A DNA stretch of 64,000 nt from Candidatus Hydrogenedentota bacterium (GTDB taxonomy: Bacteria > Hydrogenedentota > Hydrogenedentia > Hydrogenedentales > SLHB01), in NCBI GenBank assembly GCA_020849535.1, contig JADLGB010000006.1, forward strand, positions 43,534 to 107,533, written 5' to 3'. Under the pieces are notes generated by a model. That model made no database searches and was not told the DNA's origin. It saw nothing but the letters and a program-made list of their open reading frames with translations. Below, in pieces: positions 50,316 through 59,783 of the stretch. A program made the position numbers and the translations under genes. Each line of letters begins with the position of its first letter. Positions within the stretch are counted from its first letter, which is position 1.

Positions 50316-51633
50316 ACGCCGCGTCGAGCGATGGCGCTACGGGTTCGCTGCGCTCCACATACGCTTCCATCTGGCCAGCGAGGGCCGCGTCGATCTCCGC
50401 GTCCAACAAAATGCTGTTATCCTCGTAACACCGGTCGAGGACCCGCCCTTCCTGGTAGACGCGGCCCGCAATACCCGCCTCGCACTGCGGGATGCGCAAA
50501 CGGACTCGAACCCGCTGCACAGACACTACGTCTTCGATTCGCTTGAGGAGTTTTTCGATGCCTTCCCCGGTCTTCGCGGAAACCGCGATGGGGTCCCCCG
50601 GCCCGTGCAACTGGGTCCGCACGAAGGCGGGATCCGCCACATCGATTTTGTTGAAGACGCGGATGATGGGCTTGTTCTCGACCTTGATCTCGTCGAGCAC
50701 GGCATTCACCGCGGCGATGTGCTCCGCGACCATTTCATGCGAGACATCCGCCACGAGCAGGATGAGGTCCGCTTCGTTGACCTCTTCCAGGGTAGCGCGG
50801 AACGCGGCCACCAGTGAGTGCGGCAGCTTGCGGATGAAACCCACGGTGTCCGTGATGATGACTTGTCCGCCGTTGGGCAGCGGACAGCGCCGGCTGCACG
50901 GGTCCAGGGTGGCGAAGAGCTTGTCTTCCACGTGGGTGTGGGACTCGGTCAGGGCATTCAAGAGCGAGGATTTTCCCGCATTGGTGTATCCCACCAGGGC
51001 GACCGTCCCCACGCTGCCTTCGGTGCGGCACTTGCGCTGCAAGCGCCGGTGCTTCCGGATCTCGTCGAGGTCTGCCTTCAGACGATTGATGCGCTTGCGA
51101 ATGACGCGGCGATCCACTTCGAGCTTCTGTTCGCCGGGACCGCGCGTTCCGATGCCCGCGCCCAGTCGCATCATCTCGGCGCCGCGCCCGGTCAGGCGGG
51201 GCAGCGCGTACTGCAACTGCGCCAACTCGACCTGGTGCTTACCTTCATTGGTCTGCGCGCGCTGCGCGAAGATGTCGAGAATGAGTTGCGTGCGGTCGAG
51301 GACCTTCACGCCCAGCGCTTCCTGCAACTTGGACCCTTGCGTGGGTGTGAGGTCGGAATCCACCAGCACGACGTCCGCTTCGAGTTCTTCGCAGGTGGCT
51401 CGTAGTTCCTTCACCTTCCCCGAGCCGATCAGGGTGGCAGGACATACGTCCGGGCGGTACTGCACGACAGTGCACAGCACCTCCGCGCCGGCCGTCCACG
51501 CGAGACGCCGCATCTCCTCCAGAGACTCTTCGATCTCGTCATCCGAATCGCTGGGAAGGGCCAGTCTCACCAGGATGGCAGACTCCACCACGGGAGGTCG
51601 CTCCAAATTTATCACTTTGTCAGGCTTGCGCAT
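50299..51633 (-). CDS. hflX: Ribosome-splitting GTPase HflX
   Basis: LILDIFAQRA, GIGTRGPGE, GYTNAGKS, DKLFATLD, DTVGFI, NKID. Confidence 0.97.
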   Translation of the reverse strand: MRKPDKVINLERPPVVESAILVRLALPSDSDDEIEESLEEMRRLAWTAGAEVLCTVVQYRPDVCPATLIGSGKVKELRATCEELEADVVLVDSDLTPTQGSKLQEALGVKVLDRTQLILDIFAQRAQTNEGKHQVELAQLQYALPRLTGRGAEMMRLGAGIGTRGPGEQKLEVDRRVIRKRINRLKADLDEIRKHRRLQRKCRTEGSVGTVALVGYTNAGKSSLLNALTESHTHVEDKLFATLDPCSRRCPLPNGGQVIITDTVGFIRKLPHSLVAAFRATLEEVNEADLILLVADVSHEMVAEHIAAVNAVLDEIKVENKPIIRVFNKIDVADPAFVRTQLHGPGDPIAVSAKTGEGIEKLLKRIEDVVSVQRVRVRLRIPQCEAGIAGRVYQEGRVLDRCYEDNSILLDAEIDAALAGQMEAYVERSEPVAPSLDAACVQHA

Positions 51634-51899
51634 TCAAGGCTCCGGCACTCGGGCCGATGTGCTTCGGGGCGGGACCTAACCCCATGCAGTGCGATGGCGA
51701 GTTCGGATTATACCGTATATTGTGTTCCAGGTCCACAGAATCAGGACACATCCCTGCACTTACGTGCACCGTTCAGGGCACGCCATATTCCCAAATGACT
51801 ATACCATGGATAACACGCACTGACAAGCCATCGGGAAACGTAAATGGTTGCGATAGAACTGTTTTATGCGTACCATGCCCTTCAAGAAGGAGACCCATC

Positions 51900-52973
51900 A
51901 TGTTGTATCTGTCGCGTACCGCCGCAGCAGCGGCAATCGTTGGAAGCATCCTAATGTTCTCTCAATCACAGGCACAACAGCCCTCGGACTTTACGGCCCA
52001 AGTCACCGCCCAGCAGGGCCGGGTGGACTTCGTGTTCGAGGATGAGCGGCCCTTCGCGCAGTGCCATGCCTCGACGATCGTCGAAAGCGAGGATGGCACC
52101 CTGCTCTGCGCCTGGTTTGCCGGTACCGAAGAAGGCGAGCTGGATGTCGGCATCTGGCTATCGGCATTTCGTGACGGCACCTGGAGCGTGCCCCAACGAG
52201 TCGCCAAGGTGAACGAGACCCCGCACTGGAATCCCGTGCTGTTCCGCGATCCGGCGCGCGGCACCTACCTCTTCTTCAAGGTGGGCCGCGAGATCCCGTT
52301 CTGGGAAACGAATTGGATGGAAACCAAGGACAATGGCCGCACCTGGAGCACTCCAGTAGAGCTGGTCGCCCACGACCAGGGTGGACGCGGCCCCGTCAAG
52401 AACAAGCCGGTCGTCCTGTCGGACGGTACGTGGCTGGCGGGTGCCTCAACGGAGTACAAGCAGTGGGATGCGTTTGCCGACCTGTCAAAGGACGGCGGCG
52501 TGACGTGGGAACGCACCCCTGACTTCGCGATGGACCGGGCGGTCTTCGTGGGGCGCGGGGCGATTCAACCGACGGTCTGGGAATCCGCGCCGGGGAAGGT
52601 GCACGCCCTGCTCCGAACCACCGCCGGCAAGATTGGGCGCACGGATTCGGAAGACGGCGGGCACACGTGGTCGCCCATGTACCTGACCGACCTGCCGAAC
52701 AACAACAGCGGCATCGACCTCGTGAAGTTGGAGGACGGGCGCCTGCTGCTCGTCTACAATCCCGTCGGTCTCAAACAGGGGCGTTCGCCGCTTGACTTGG
52801 CACTATCCGCTGATAACGGGAAGACTTGGAGTACCGTTGCTCACCTCGAGGACGAGCCGCAGATGGAATTCTCCTATCCCGCAATCGTGGGTACGAGCAA
52901 GGGGATCGCGATTTCTTACACGTGGAAGAGGCAGCGGATTCGCTGCTGGCAGGTGCCGCTGGCGGCGCTGTAG
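51900..52973 (+). CDS. Secreted sialidase-like BNR/Asp-box protein
   Basis: Signal peptide, CHASTI, WNPVLF, Asp boxes (SKDGGVTW, SEDGGHTW, SADNGKTW), FSYP. Confidence 0.88.
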   Translation: MLYLSRTAAAAAIVGSILMFSQSQAQQPSDFTAQVTAQQGRVDFVFEDERPFAQCHASTIVESEDGTLLCAWFAGTEEGELDVGIWLSAFRDGTWSVPQRVAKVNETPHWNPVLFRDPARGTYLFFKVGREIPFWETNWMETKDNGRTWSTPVELVAHDQGGRGPVKNKPVVLSDGTWLAGASTEYKQWDAFADLSKDGGVTWERTPDFAMDRAVFVGRGAIQPTVWESAPGKVHALLRTTAGKIGRTDSEDGGHTWSPMYLTDLPNNNSGIDLVKLEDGRLLLVYNPVGLKQGRSPLDLALSADNGKTWSTVAHLEDEPQMEFSYPAIVGTSKGIAISYTWKRQRIRCWQVPLAAL

Positions 52974-53161
52974 CGAGAAAGCCAAACAAGACAATCGGAC
53001 GGATCGGACTGATTGGACTGATCTGTCCGATTCCCTATTGTCACAAAGGTTCGGTGATTTCCTCTTGACGCGACTGTCGGAAGTCCTGCTACACTGCGTT
53101 GGGGTTGGCGTGGATTTCTTTCGCTCAAGTGTGTCCTCCATGAGGCAGGGGAGCATCCCGG

Positions 53162-54334
53162 TTGACCAGCAAGGAATCGCCCAAGGGAAAGTCGAGGCCG
53201 GTGCGTTTTGGCATTGGCCTGATGTCGGGTTCCTCTTGCGACGGGATCGATGCGGCCTTGGTGCGAATCAAGGGTGGCGCTCCGGATATTCGCATCAAGC
53301 TGGTTGAGTTCCGGACCCTCCCCTATTCCGATTCCATGAAACGCCGGCTGCTCAACTCGCGCTTGGAGTCGCGTGAGCTGGCATGCCTGCACCATGAGTT
53401 GGGCCAGCTCTTCGCGGATGCGGCGTTATCCTTGAACGCGCTCGCGACCCAGCAGGGGCACACGGTGGATTTTGTGGCCTCTCACGGGCACACGGTAGCC
53501 CACATCCCGCCGGGCGCTTCACACCTGGGTTTCGGTACGCTTCAAATTGGCGAAGCGGCGATTATTGCGCATCGCCTGGGGCTTCCGGTCATCTCGGATT
53601 TTCGTCCGCGCGACATGGCGGCGGGCGGTCAGGGGGCGCCGCTGGTCCCGTATGCGGACTGGCTGCTTTTCCACCGGGACGACGAGTCGGTGGGGTGCCT
53701 TAATATCGGAGGGATCGCCAACTTCACGATAGTGCCACCGGATTTGAAGGATGTCTTCGCCTTCGACACCGGACCGGGGAACATGCCCATCGACGGGGCG
53801 GTGCGTTTGTTGACCAAGGGACGCCACCACTACGACGCCAAGGGCGCGGGCGCCGCCAAGGGAAAAGTGGACGACGCGATTCTGGAGCAGTTGCTGTCCC
53901 ACCCCTACTTTGAGAAGGCGCCGCCCAAGAGTACGGGGCGCGAAGATTTCGATGCGGAGGTGTACCTTCCGAAAGACATCGTCAGCTCTGAGCGCCACAA
54001 GCCGGAAGATGTCATGGCGACGGTGACTAAGGCCGTTGCGTTGAGCATCGCGCGCGCCTACGAGCGTTTTGTGAAGCCGAAACACAGCTTGGCGAGACTG
54101 ATTGTGAGTGGCGGCGGCACGCATAACCGCACGCTCATGCGCTTCCTGCGGGAAGAGCTGGAGGGGCTCGACATCCTGACGAGCGATCAGGTGGGCTTGC
54201 CCAGCGACGCACGCGAGGCAATCGCGTTTGCCATACTCGGCAATGAAGCGCTTGGCCTCCGGCCGGGCAACGTGCCGAGCGCCACCGGCGCGAGCCAGGC
54301 CGTCGTGCTGGGCAAGTTCGATCTGCCGGGGTAG
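53162..54334 (+). CDS. anmK: Anhydro-N-acetylmuramic acid kinase
   Basis: GLMSGSSCDGID, SHGHT, DFRPRDMAAGGQGAPLVP, NIGGIAN, FDTGPGN, PPKSTGRE. Confidence 0.95.
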   Translation: MTSKESPKGKSRPVRFGIGLMSGSSCDGIDAALVRIKGGAPDIRIKLVEFRTLPYSDSMKRRLLNSRLESRELACLHHELGQLFADAALSLNALATQQGHTVDFVASHGHTVAHIPPGASHLGFGTLQIGEAAIIAHRLGLPVISDFRPRDMAAGGQGAPLVPYADWLLFHRDDESVGCLNIGGIANFTIVPPDLKDVFAFDTGPGNMPIDGAVRLLTKGRHHYDAKGAGAAKGKVDDAILEQLLSHPYFEKAPPKSTGREDFDAEVYLPKDIVSSERHKPEDVMATVTKAVALSIARAYERFVKPKHSLARLIVSGGGTHNRTLMRFLREELEGLDILTSDQVGLPSDAREAIAFAILGNEALGLRPGNVPSATGASQAVVLGKFDLPG

Positions 54335-54387
54335 TCGCGACGCAAGGTACAGCGCGAGGGGGACGGGGAGGCAAGCGGTGGCCCTTA

Positions 54388-54554
54388 CATCCCCCGGCCC
54401 TGCGGGCCACCCCCTTCAAAGGGGGAATTCAGAGGCCCTTCGGGCTGTGTATTGTCTGCACGAGAGGCCTTCATGGTACCCTCAAGACATTTCATAACTC
54501 ATACACATAGTGTTGTATAATTCCCCCTTTGAAGGGGGATTAAGGGGGATGTTC
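54388..54554. repeat. Inverted CCCCCTTCAAAGGGGGA hairpin element
   Basis: Same family as 45901-46028. Lies between convergent genes. Confidence 0.8.
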
Positions 54555-54616
54555 TTAAAACCAGGCACCTGGCGCCAGGTGTTTCTCCACTTGCGTGGAC
54601 CTGCACCAAGTCTCAT

Positions 54617-55369
54617 TCATCCCCAGTCGTCGTAACAAGAGGCGGGCATGCTGGGTGCCACGCTTCCAAAGGTCTCGGCGCTCACGCGCGTGGCGGGGAC
54701 GAAGTTCGAGTTGTTGTAGTGGGAGTACGGCACGAATTTCACATGGCCGTCCATGTGGAGCACATTAATACCCAGCGGCCGCGCGTGGGCGAATTCGTCT
54801 TCGCGCAAGGGAACGCGGTCCCACAGCACAGGGATCCCTGCCTGTCCAAAACCTCTGGTTCGATCGCTGCCGGGGAGTTGCGGCACATCAAGTTCGAGCA
54901 CGGGCATACCCTGTCCGGGCCAGGACTCTCCCGCGGAATCGAACAAAGCGAGTGCTTCCTCGTCCGAACAAACCATATAGCCGGTGTAAATGTAGAAAAG
55001 GGACGACACGCATTGGGGCTGCGGCGCCGCGCCTGAACCTCCACTACCGGCGAAGGCGGCTTCGCGTTGGAACGGACTGTTTGGGCAGACGAGCACCTGC
55101 AGGTCGCTGAGGTACTCTGGGTAGAGCGCGGCCATGTCCGCCATCCAGTTCTCGCGATAGGGACTCAACGGCGGCCAATATTCGCGGTGCTCATTGGCAT
55201 ACATCTTGAACACGAGGCCCATCTGTTTCAGGTTGTTCATGCAGGAGGCACGCTGGGTCCCTTCGCGCGCCCCGTTGAGGAACGGAAGAGCAATCAGGAG
55301 CAGAACGAGGACGAGTCCTCCCGCAACGGCCAGTTCGATGCCCAAGCGCCGAGGGCTTCGGGGTTTCAT
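54617..55369 (-). CDS. DUF1559/H-X9-DG pilin-like protein with a degenerate prepilin site
   Basis: RRLGIELAVAG, AREGTQRASCMNNLKQMGL, LYPEYLSD, H...GINVLHMDGHV. ATGA-coupled to the upstream gene. Confidence 0.85.
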   Translation of the reverse strand: MKPRSPRRLGIELAVAGGLVLVLLLIALPFLNGAREGTQRASCMNNLKQMGLVFKMYANEHREYWPPLSPYRENWMADMAALYPEYLSDLQVLVCPNSPFQREAAFAGSGGSGAAPQPQCVSSLFYIYTGYMVCSDEEALALFDSAGESWPGQGMPVLELDVPQLPGSDRTRGFGQAGIPVLWDRVPLREDEFAHARPLGINVLHMDGHVKFVPYSHYNNSNFVPATRVSAETFGSVAPSMPASCYDDWG

Positions 55370-57678
55370 GATTCCTGCTCCACGGTGTCAATCTTGGATG
55401 ACATGCGAGTCGCGCGAAGATCAGCAAAGTGGCGGCCAAGCAATGGCACAAGGTAAAGCACTGACATCACCACGAAACCCCATACCGCCAGCGTCATCGA
55501 GAACCCGAGGAACTGTTTCGAGGCCACAAGTGCGGCGACACACAGGACCAGCAGCGCGAGCGCCCGCTTGCCGCCGGCCTGGCCACCCGCCAAGCCCGCG
55601 ACGGCTCGCGCGAGGGAGAGGGAAACCAACATACCCATCGCGAACACCACGAGAGACGAGACCACGCTGAACGTGCGGGCTGTCCAGCGGGGATAGGTGG
55701 TCATACTCAGCATGAGGGTCTTGCCTTGGGGTGTCAGCACCGTGTGGAAGCGGTAAGCGTCGCCGATGTTGGGCAGATCGATGCGCACCGGCAAGACACC
55801 TGCTACCGCCGATACGGCGGGAGTGGAACCGGCTTGTTCGGGACTGAGCGGCTGCCCTTTGTAGCGGGCGTCGCCCGACCCCGTTGATGCGGCGGGATTG
55901 TTGATATCAGTGATGAGAAAACGTTCGATGCCCTCCCGCAGGGGACGAATCGTCTCGCGGCTAGTTGTTGTCACGTTGCGGCGGCGCGGGGAGAGGAGTT
56001 CGTCGCGCAATTCGCCAATACGCTCCAAATCGCCCTCGCTCTGATAGAGCACACGGCCATCCGGGAAAGTCACCGCCCACGAGACTTCACCCATCAGGAT
56101 GTCCGTTGCGGGCGAGGTCAAGGCGAGGTCGTATCGAAAGCCGCCCGGAGGCATCACGTGCTGCATGTAGACAAGTTCCACAGGGAACGAGCCGAGACGG
56201 CGGTCCACTTCCACGGACTTGTACAAGGGTACCAGCACGGCGCCGGATTCGCCATCGCGCGCGGGCTTCACCACTTGATCGCCGACGCGTGCCGACCAGA
56301 CCTCGGCCTTCGGGTCCAGTTCGACGCGCAGGAACTGGCGTACGCTGTTGCGCACATCGAAGATGGAACGTGTAACCGCCATGCCTTCCTTGGTGATAAC
56401 GGTTTCGAAGGTCGCGAGGTCGATGGTGGAGTCCGGCATGGGGACGTCTTCCAGGCGGCGGACATCCAACGCGAGCAGCCGCGCGCCTTCCGAATAGCGG
56501 AACGCGAGCAACATGGGCTTCGGTGAGAGCGCGCGCAGTTCCGCGGGAAGTTCAGCGGCATCGACCCTCACCAGACCTTCGACGGTGCTACCCGGGGTGA
56601 CTTCGACGTTGCCGCGCGCCGCCACGCCGATGTAGCCGCTTTCCCGCACCACCGAGAGCGTTCGCAAGTCCGGTATGGACACAACCGCCCCCGTGTAGGG
56701 CATCTCGTAGGTCACAACGAGATCGAAGGTATCCGCCACGCTGTGATTGAGCTTCACGTCGACGGCAAGACCATCCTCACCGGGATTCTGCGTCCATGCG
56801 GTCCCCTGGCCTTCGACGTTGAGCAGATTCGCGTCCTTGGGCAGGCGCAACTCGAAGCGGTCCACCTCGCCGCGCAGGATGGTATAACGCAACAACGTCT
56901 TGCACGCCACGTAGTTCTCGGTAAGTTCGGACAAAGTCCAGGCCGTGGACGCAATCCGCGATTCTATGACGACCGGCGCGACAGGCAGTTCCGCGGGCAG
57001 AGTGTATTGCACGGCAATGCTATTGCTGGGTTTGAACGCCAGCTCCGCCTCAAGGCCTGCCTCGCCAGGAGTAACCGAAATGTTCGAAGCCATGGGCGAC
57101 TGCACGTTCGCATCCTTGACGGGCACGCGCAGTGTCATCTGGGTGACCGGTGTTTCCGCGCAGGGAAATTCGAAAGAGACAACCCCCTCGGCCTCCGTGG
57201 AATTGACGAAGAACACGAGGTCGAGTTCGTGGGGACCGGGCTTGTCCGCCAGGAGGGTCAGCCATCCCGTACCGTCGCCGGTCAGAAATGCGGGCGTACC
57301 ATCGAGCATCACACTCGCGAGGCCGACCGTGTTGCCCAGCACGGGGATGCGCGTCCAGCCTTCTTCCTCGTAAACGTGGACTTTCATCTTGGCCTCCACG
57401 CGCACGGAAGAAGCCTGCGGGGCTTCGGCCGTGTAGTGGGCTTCCGCGATGGTCCAAGGGACAGGCGGTTTGGGCCTTACCTTCTTTTCGACTTGTTGTT
57501 GCGTAACGCGTTGGAGTTCTTCGAGGATTGCCTTGAAGTCGCTCCAGGGCACCGACATCGTGGCCTGGGGCAGGCTGGGCAAGTTGGGAGCGGCTTGGAT
57601 CATCACCTCTGGCGGGGTCGAACCTTCTGCCGCGCCCAATCCCGCAGCTAGAGTAAAGAGCATCGCGAACACAGCCAT
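55366..57678 (-). CDS. Large exported beta-rich protein with C-terminal TM helices, function unknown
   Basis: GGGGAGG RBS, signal peptide, beta-rich repeats, about 3 C-terminal TMs. Confidence 0.82.
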   Translation of the reverse strand: MAVFAMLFTLAAGLGAAEGSTPPEVMIQAAPNLPSLPQATMSVPWSDFKAILEELQRVTQQQVEKKVRPKPPVPWTIAEAHYTAEAPQASSVRVEAKMKVHVYEEEGWTRIPVLGNTVGLASVMLDGTPAFLTGDGTGWLTLLADKPGPHELDLVFFVNSTEAEGVVSFEFPCAETPVTQMTLRVPVKDANVQSPMASNISVTPGEAGLEAELAFKPSNSIAVQYTLPAELPVAPVVIESRIASTAWTLSELTENYVACKTLLRYTILRGEVDRFELRLPKDANLLNVEGQGTAWTQNPGEDGLAVDVKLNHSVADTFDLVVTYEMPYTGAVVSIPDLRTLSVVRESGYIGVAARGNVEVTPGSTVEGLVRVDAAELPAELRALSPKPMLLAFRYSEGARLLALDVRRLEDVPMPDSTIDLATFETVITKEGMAVTRSIFDVRNSVRQFLRVELDPKAEVWSARVGDQVVKPARDGESGAVLVPLYKSVEVDRRLGSFPVELVYMQHVMPPGGFRYDLALTSPATDILMGEVSWAVTFPDGRVLYQSEGDLERIGELRDELLSPRRRNVTTTSRETIRPLREGIERFLITDINNPAASTGSGDARYKGQPLSPEQAGSTPAVSAVAGVLPVRIDLPNIGDAYRFHTVLTPQGKTLMLSMTTYPRWTARTFSVVSSLVVFAMGMLVSLSLARAVAGLAGGQAGGKRALALLVLCVAALVASKQFLGFSMTLAVWGFVVMSVLYLVPLLGRHFADLRATRMSSKIDTVEQES

Positions 57679-57726
57679 GACCTATTCCTCCCCGTTTGGG
57701 TCCCGCGCATCAGTTGCACTGAGTCA

Positions 57727-57751
57727 TACGCTGCGGGTGCCGCGGAGGTTC
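57727..57751 (-). promoter_or_regulatory. Possible ECF-sigma promoter
   Basis: Minus strand GAACC-N16-CGTA, about 50 bp upstream of the start at 57678. Confidence 0.35.
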
Positions 57752-57784
57752 ATTCGGATTTCGAAGGAAGCAAGAGAGGATTCA

Positions 57785-58062
57785 CCGCGAAGGCACGAAG
57801 GACACGAAGGGAAGAGAGAACAACAAGAGGGAGATTCTCTCGCCAAGCCGCCAAGGCGCGGGGGGGAAGGCAGATGTAGTACTCCGCGGATACTGCTATT
57901 TTCATCTTTGCGTCTCTGCGCCTTTGCGAGAGTTTCTGCCATTCCACGGCGAGAGGGATCTTAACGCAGAGGCGCGGAGTGCGCAGAGGAACGCAGAGGA
58001 AATTCAGTTCATCCATATTTGAATCTCTCTGCGAATCTCTGCACCCTCTGCACCTCTGCGTT
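57785..58062. repeat. Cluster of degenerate 8-10-mer inverted arrays
   Basis: CACGAAGG repeats; TCTCGCCAAGCCGCCAAG / CTTTGCGTCTCTGCGCCTTTGCGAGA; AACGCAGAG... / ...CTCTGCGTT. Confidence 0.72.
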
Positions 58063-58257
58063 GTAGTCACTGCAAACAATCATAACCATATATAATTATA
58101 TATCGACTACATAAGTTTATCGAATCATCTCCCTCGTTGGCCATCCGCCAGGGGTTGCGCGTGGGGGGCGGCAATGCCTATCGTGGTGGCGTGTGGGTTG
58201 CCGCTCTTGTCCGGGCGAGCGGCGCTTCGGCAAACGTGGAAGATTGGGGAATCAACG

Positions 58258-59733
58258 ATGCGAACTTATCTTGGACTATTCCTGTTTGTGTGTGCCGCCG
58301 TGTCTGACGTCCATGCGCAGGGTCCAGCGATTCCGGTGGGAACGGTGCTGCAGCCGCTCATTGACAACTATCTCATCCAGGGATTCAAGGGCAAGGCGCA
58401 GTTCGAACTGCATTCGCCGGTGCCGCGCGAGATCGTGCTGGTTACCAACGAACCCTGGGAAGGGAGCATGAGCGGTTACTTCACGGTGTTTCAGGATAGC
58501 GCCTTGTACAGGATGTACTACAAGGCCGAAAACTTCGCATACAAGGGCGACCCTCCCGCTCACCGTCTGCTCACCTGCTATGCCGAAAGCACGGATGGCG
58601 TTCATTGGGAAAAGCCTAAACTCGGATTGTTCGACTTTGACGGCTCCACTGCCAACAACATCGTGTGGGATGGTCCAGGGGCGCACGACTTCTCTCCGTT
58701 TATCGACACCAATCCGGATTGCCCACCAGACGCCAAGTACAAGTGCGTGAGCCTTGGAGATGGCGATCTCCTGGCGTTCCAGTCCGCGGACGCAATTCAC
58801 TGGAGTCGTTTGCAGGAGTCGCCCGTTATCACGGAGGGTGCTTTTGACAGCGACAATGTCGCGTTCTGGGATCCGAATACGAAAGAGTACCGCGCATACT
58901 TCCGCGATTTCCGGGATGGTTTGCGGGACATCAAGGTAGCGACGTCCAAAGACTTCCTAACATGGTCCGAACCGGCCTGGCTGGAGTTCCCCGGCGCGCC
59001 AAAGGAAGAGTTATATACAAACGGGATCATTCCTTACTTCCGCGCGCCTCACGTCTACCTTGGATTCCCCACGCGTTATGTCGAGCGGGGCTGGTCAGAA
59101 TCGATGCGCGCCTTGCCTGAACCTGAACACCGCGTGAAACGGGCCGACACGTCCGAGCGGTATGGCACGGCGCTCACCGATGGTCTCTTCATGACGAGCC
59201 GCGACGGCCGGACCTTCCACCGCTGGACCGAGACCTTCATCAAGCCCGGCCTGCGCACAGCGGGCAACTGGGTCTATGGCGACAACTATCAGTGCTGGGG
59301 CGTCGTGACGACCAAGGCGGTGATGGAGGAAGCGCCGGACGAGTTGTCGGTGTATGCCACCGAGAGCTACTGGACCGGTGACGACAGCCGCTTGCGGCGC
59401 TTCACGCTTCGCATGGATGGGTTCGTGTCGGTGCACGCGCCGATGACGGGTGGCGAGATCATGACGCGTCCCATCGTGTTTGAAGGCAAGAACCTCGCGC
59501 TGAACTTCTCGACCTCCGCGGCGGGCACCGTCCGCATAGAAATCCTGGACGAAGCGGCCACGCCCATCGAAGGCTTCACGCTGGAAGATGCGCCGGAGAT
59601 CTTCGGCGACAGCCTGAGCCAGGTCGTGCCGTGGAAGGACGGAAAGGACCTTTCCTCGCTCGCGGGCAAACCAATTCGCCTGCGTTTTGTGTTGAATGAT
59701 GCGGATGTGTATGCATTTCAGTTTCAGCCGTGA
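58258..59733 (+). CDS. Secreted beta-propeller protein (GH32/GH43-like clan) with C-terminal beta-sandwich
   Basis: Signal peptide, EPWEG, YRMYY, ESTDGVHWEKP, FDSDN, TSRDGRTF, LRMDGF. Confidence 0.78.
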   Translation: MRTYLGLFLFVCAAVSDVHAQGPAIPVGTVLQPLIDNYLIQGFKGKAQFELHSPVPREIVLVTNEPWEGSMSGYFTVFQDSALYRMYYKAENFAYKGDPPAHRLLTCYAESTDGVHWEKPKLGLFDFDGSTANNIVWDGPGAHDFSPFIDTNPDCPPDAKYKCVSLGDGDLLAFQSADAIHWSRLQESPVITEGAFDSDNVAFWDPNTKEYRAYFRDFRDGLRDIKVATSKDFLTWSEPAWLEFPGAPKEELYTNGIIPYFRAPHVYLGFPTRYVERGWSESMRALPEPEHRVKRADTSERYGTALTDGLFMTSRDGRTFHRWTETFIKPGLRTAGNWVYGDNYQCWGVVTTKAVMEEAPDELSVYATESYWTGDDSRLRRFTLRMDGFVSVHAPMTGGEIMTRPIVFEGKNLALNFSTSAAGTVRIEILDEAATPIEGFTLEDAPEIFGDSLSQVVPWKDGKDLSSLAGKPIRLRFVLNDADVYAFQFQP

Positions 59734-59783
59734 GCCGTCTGGCTTGCGCGTGCTTTGACATGGATAAAGAAGGAGCGTGTTCG

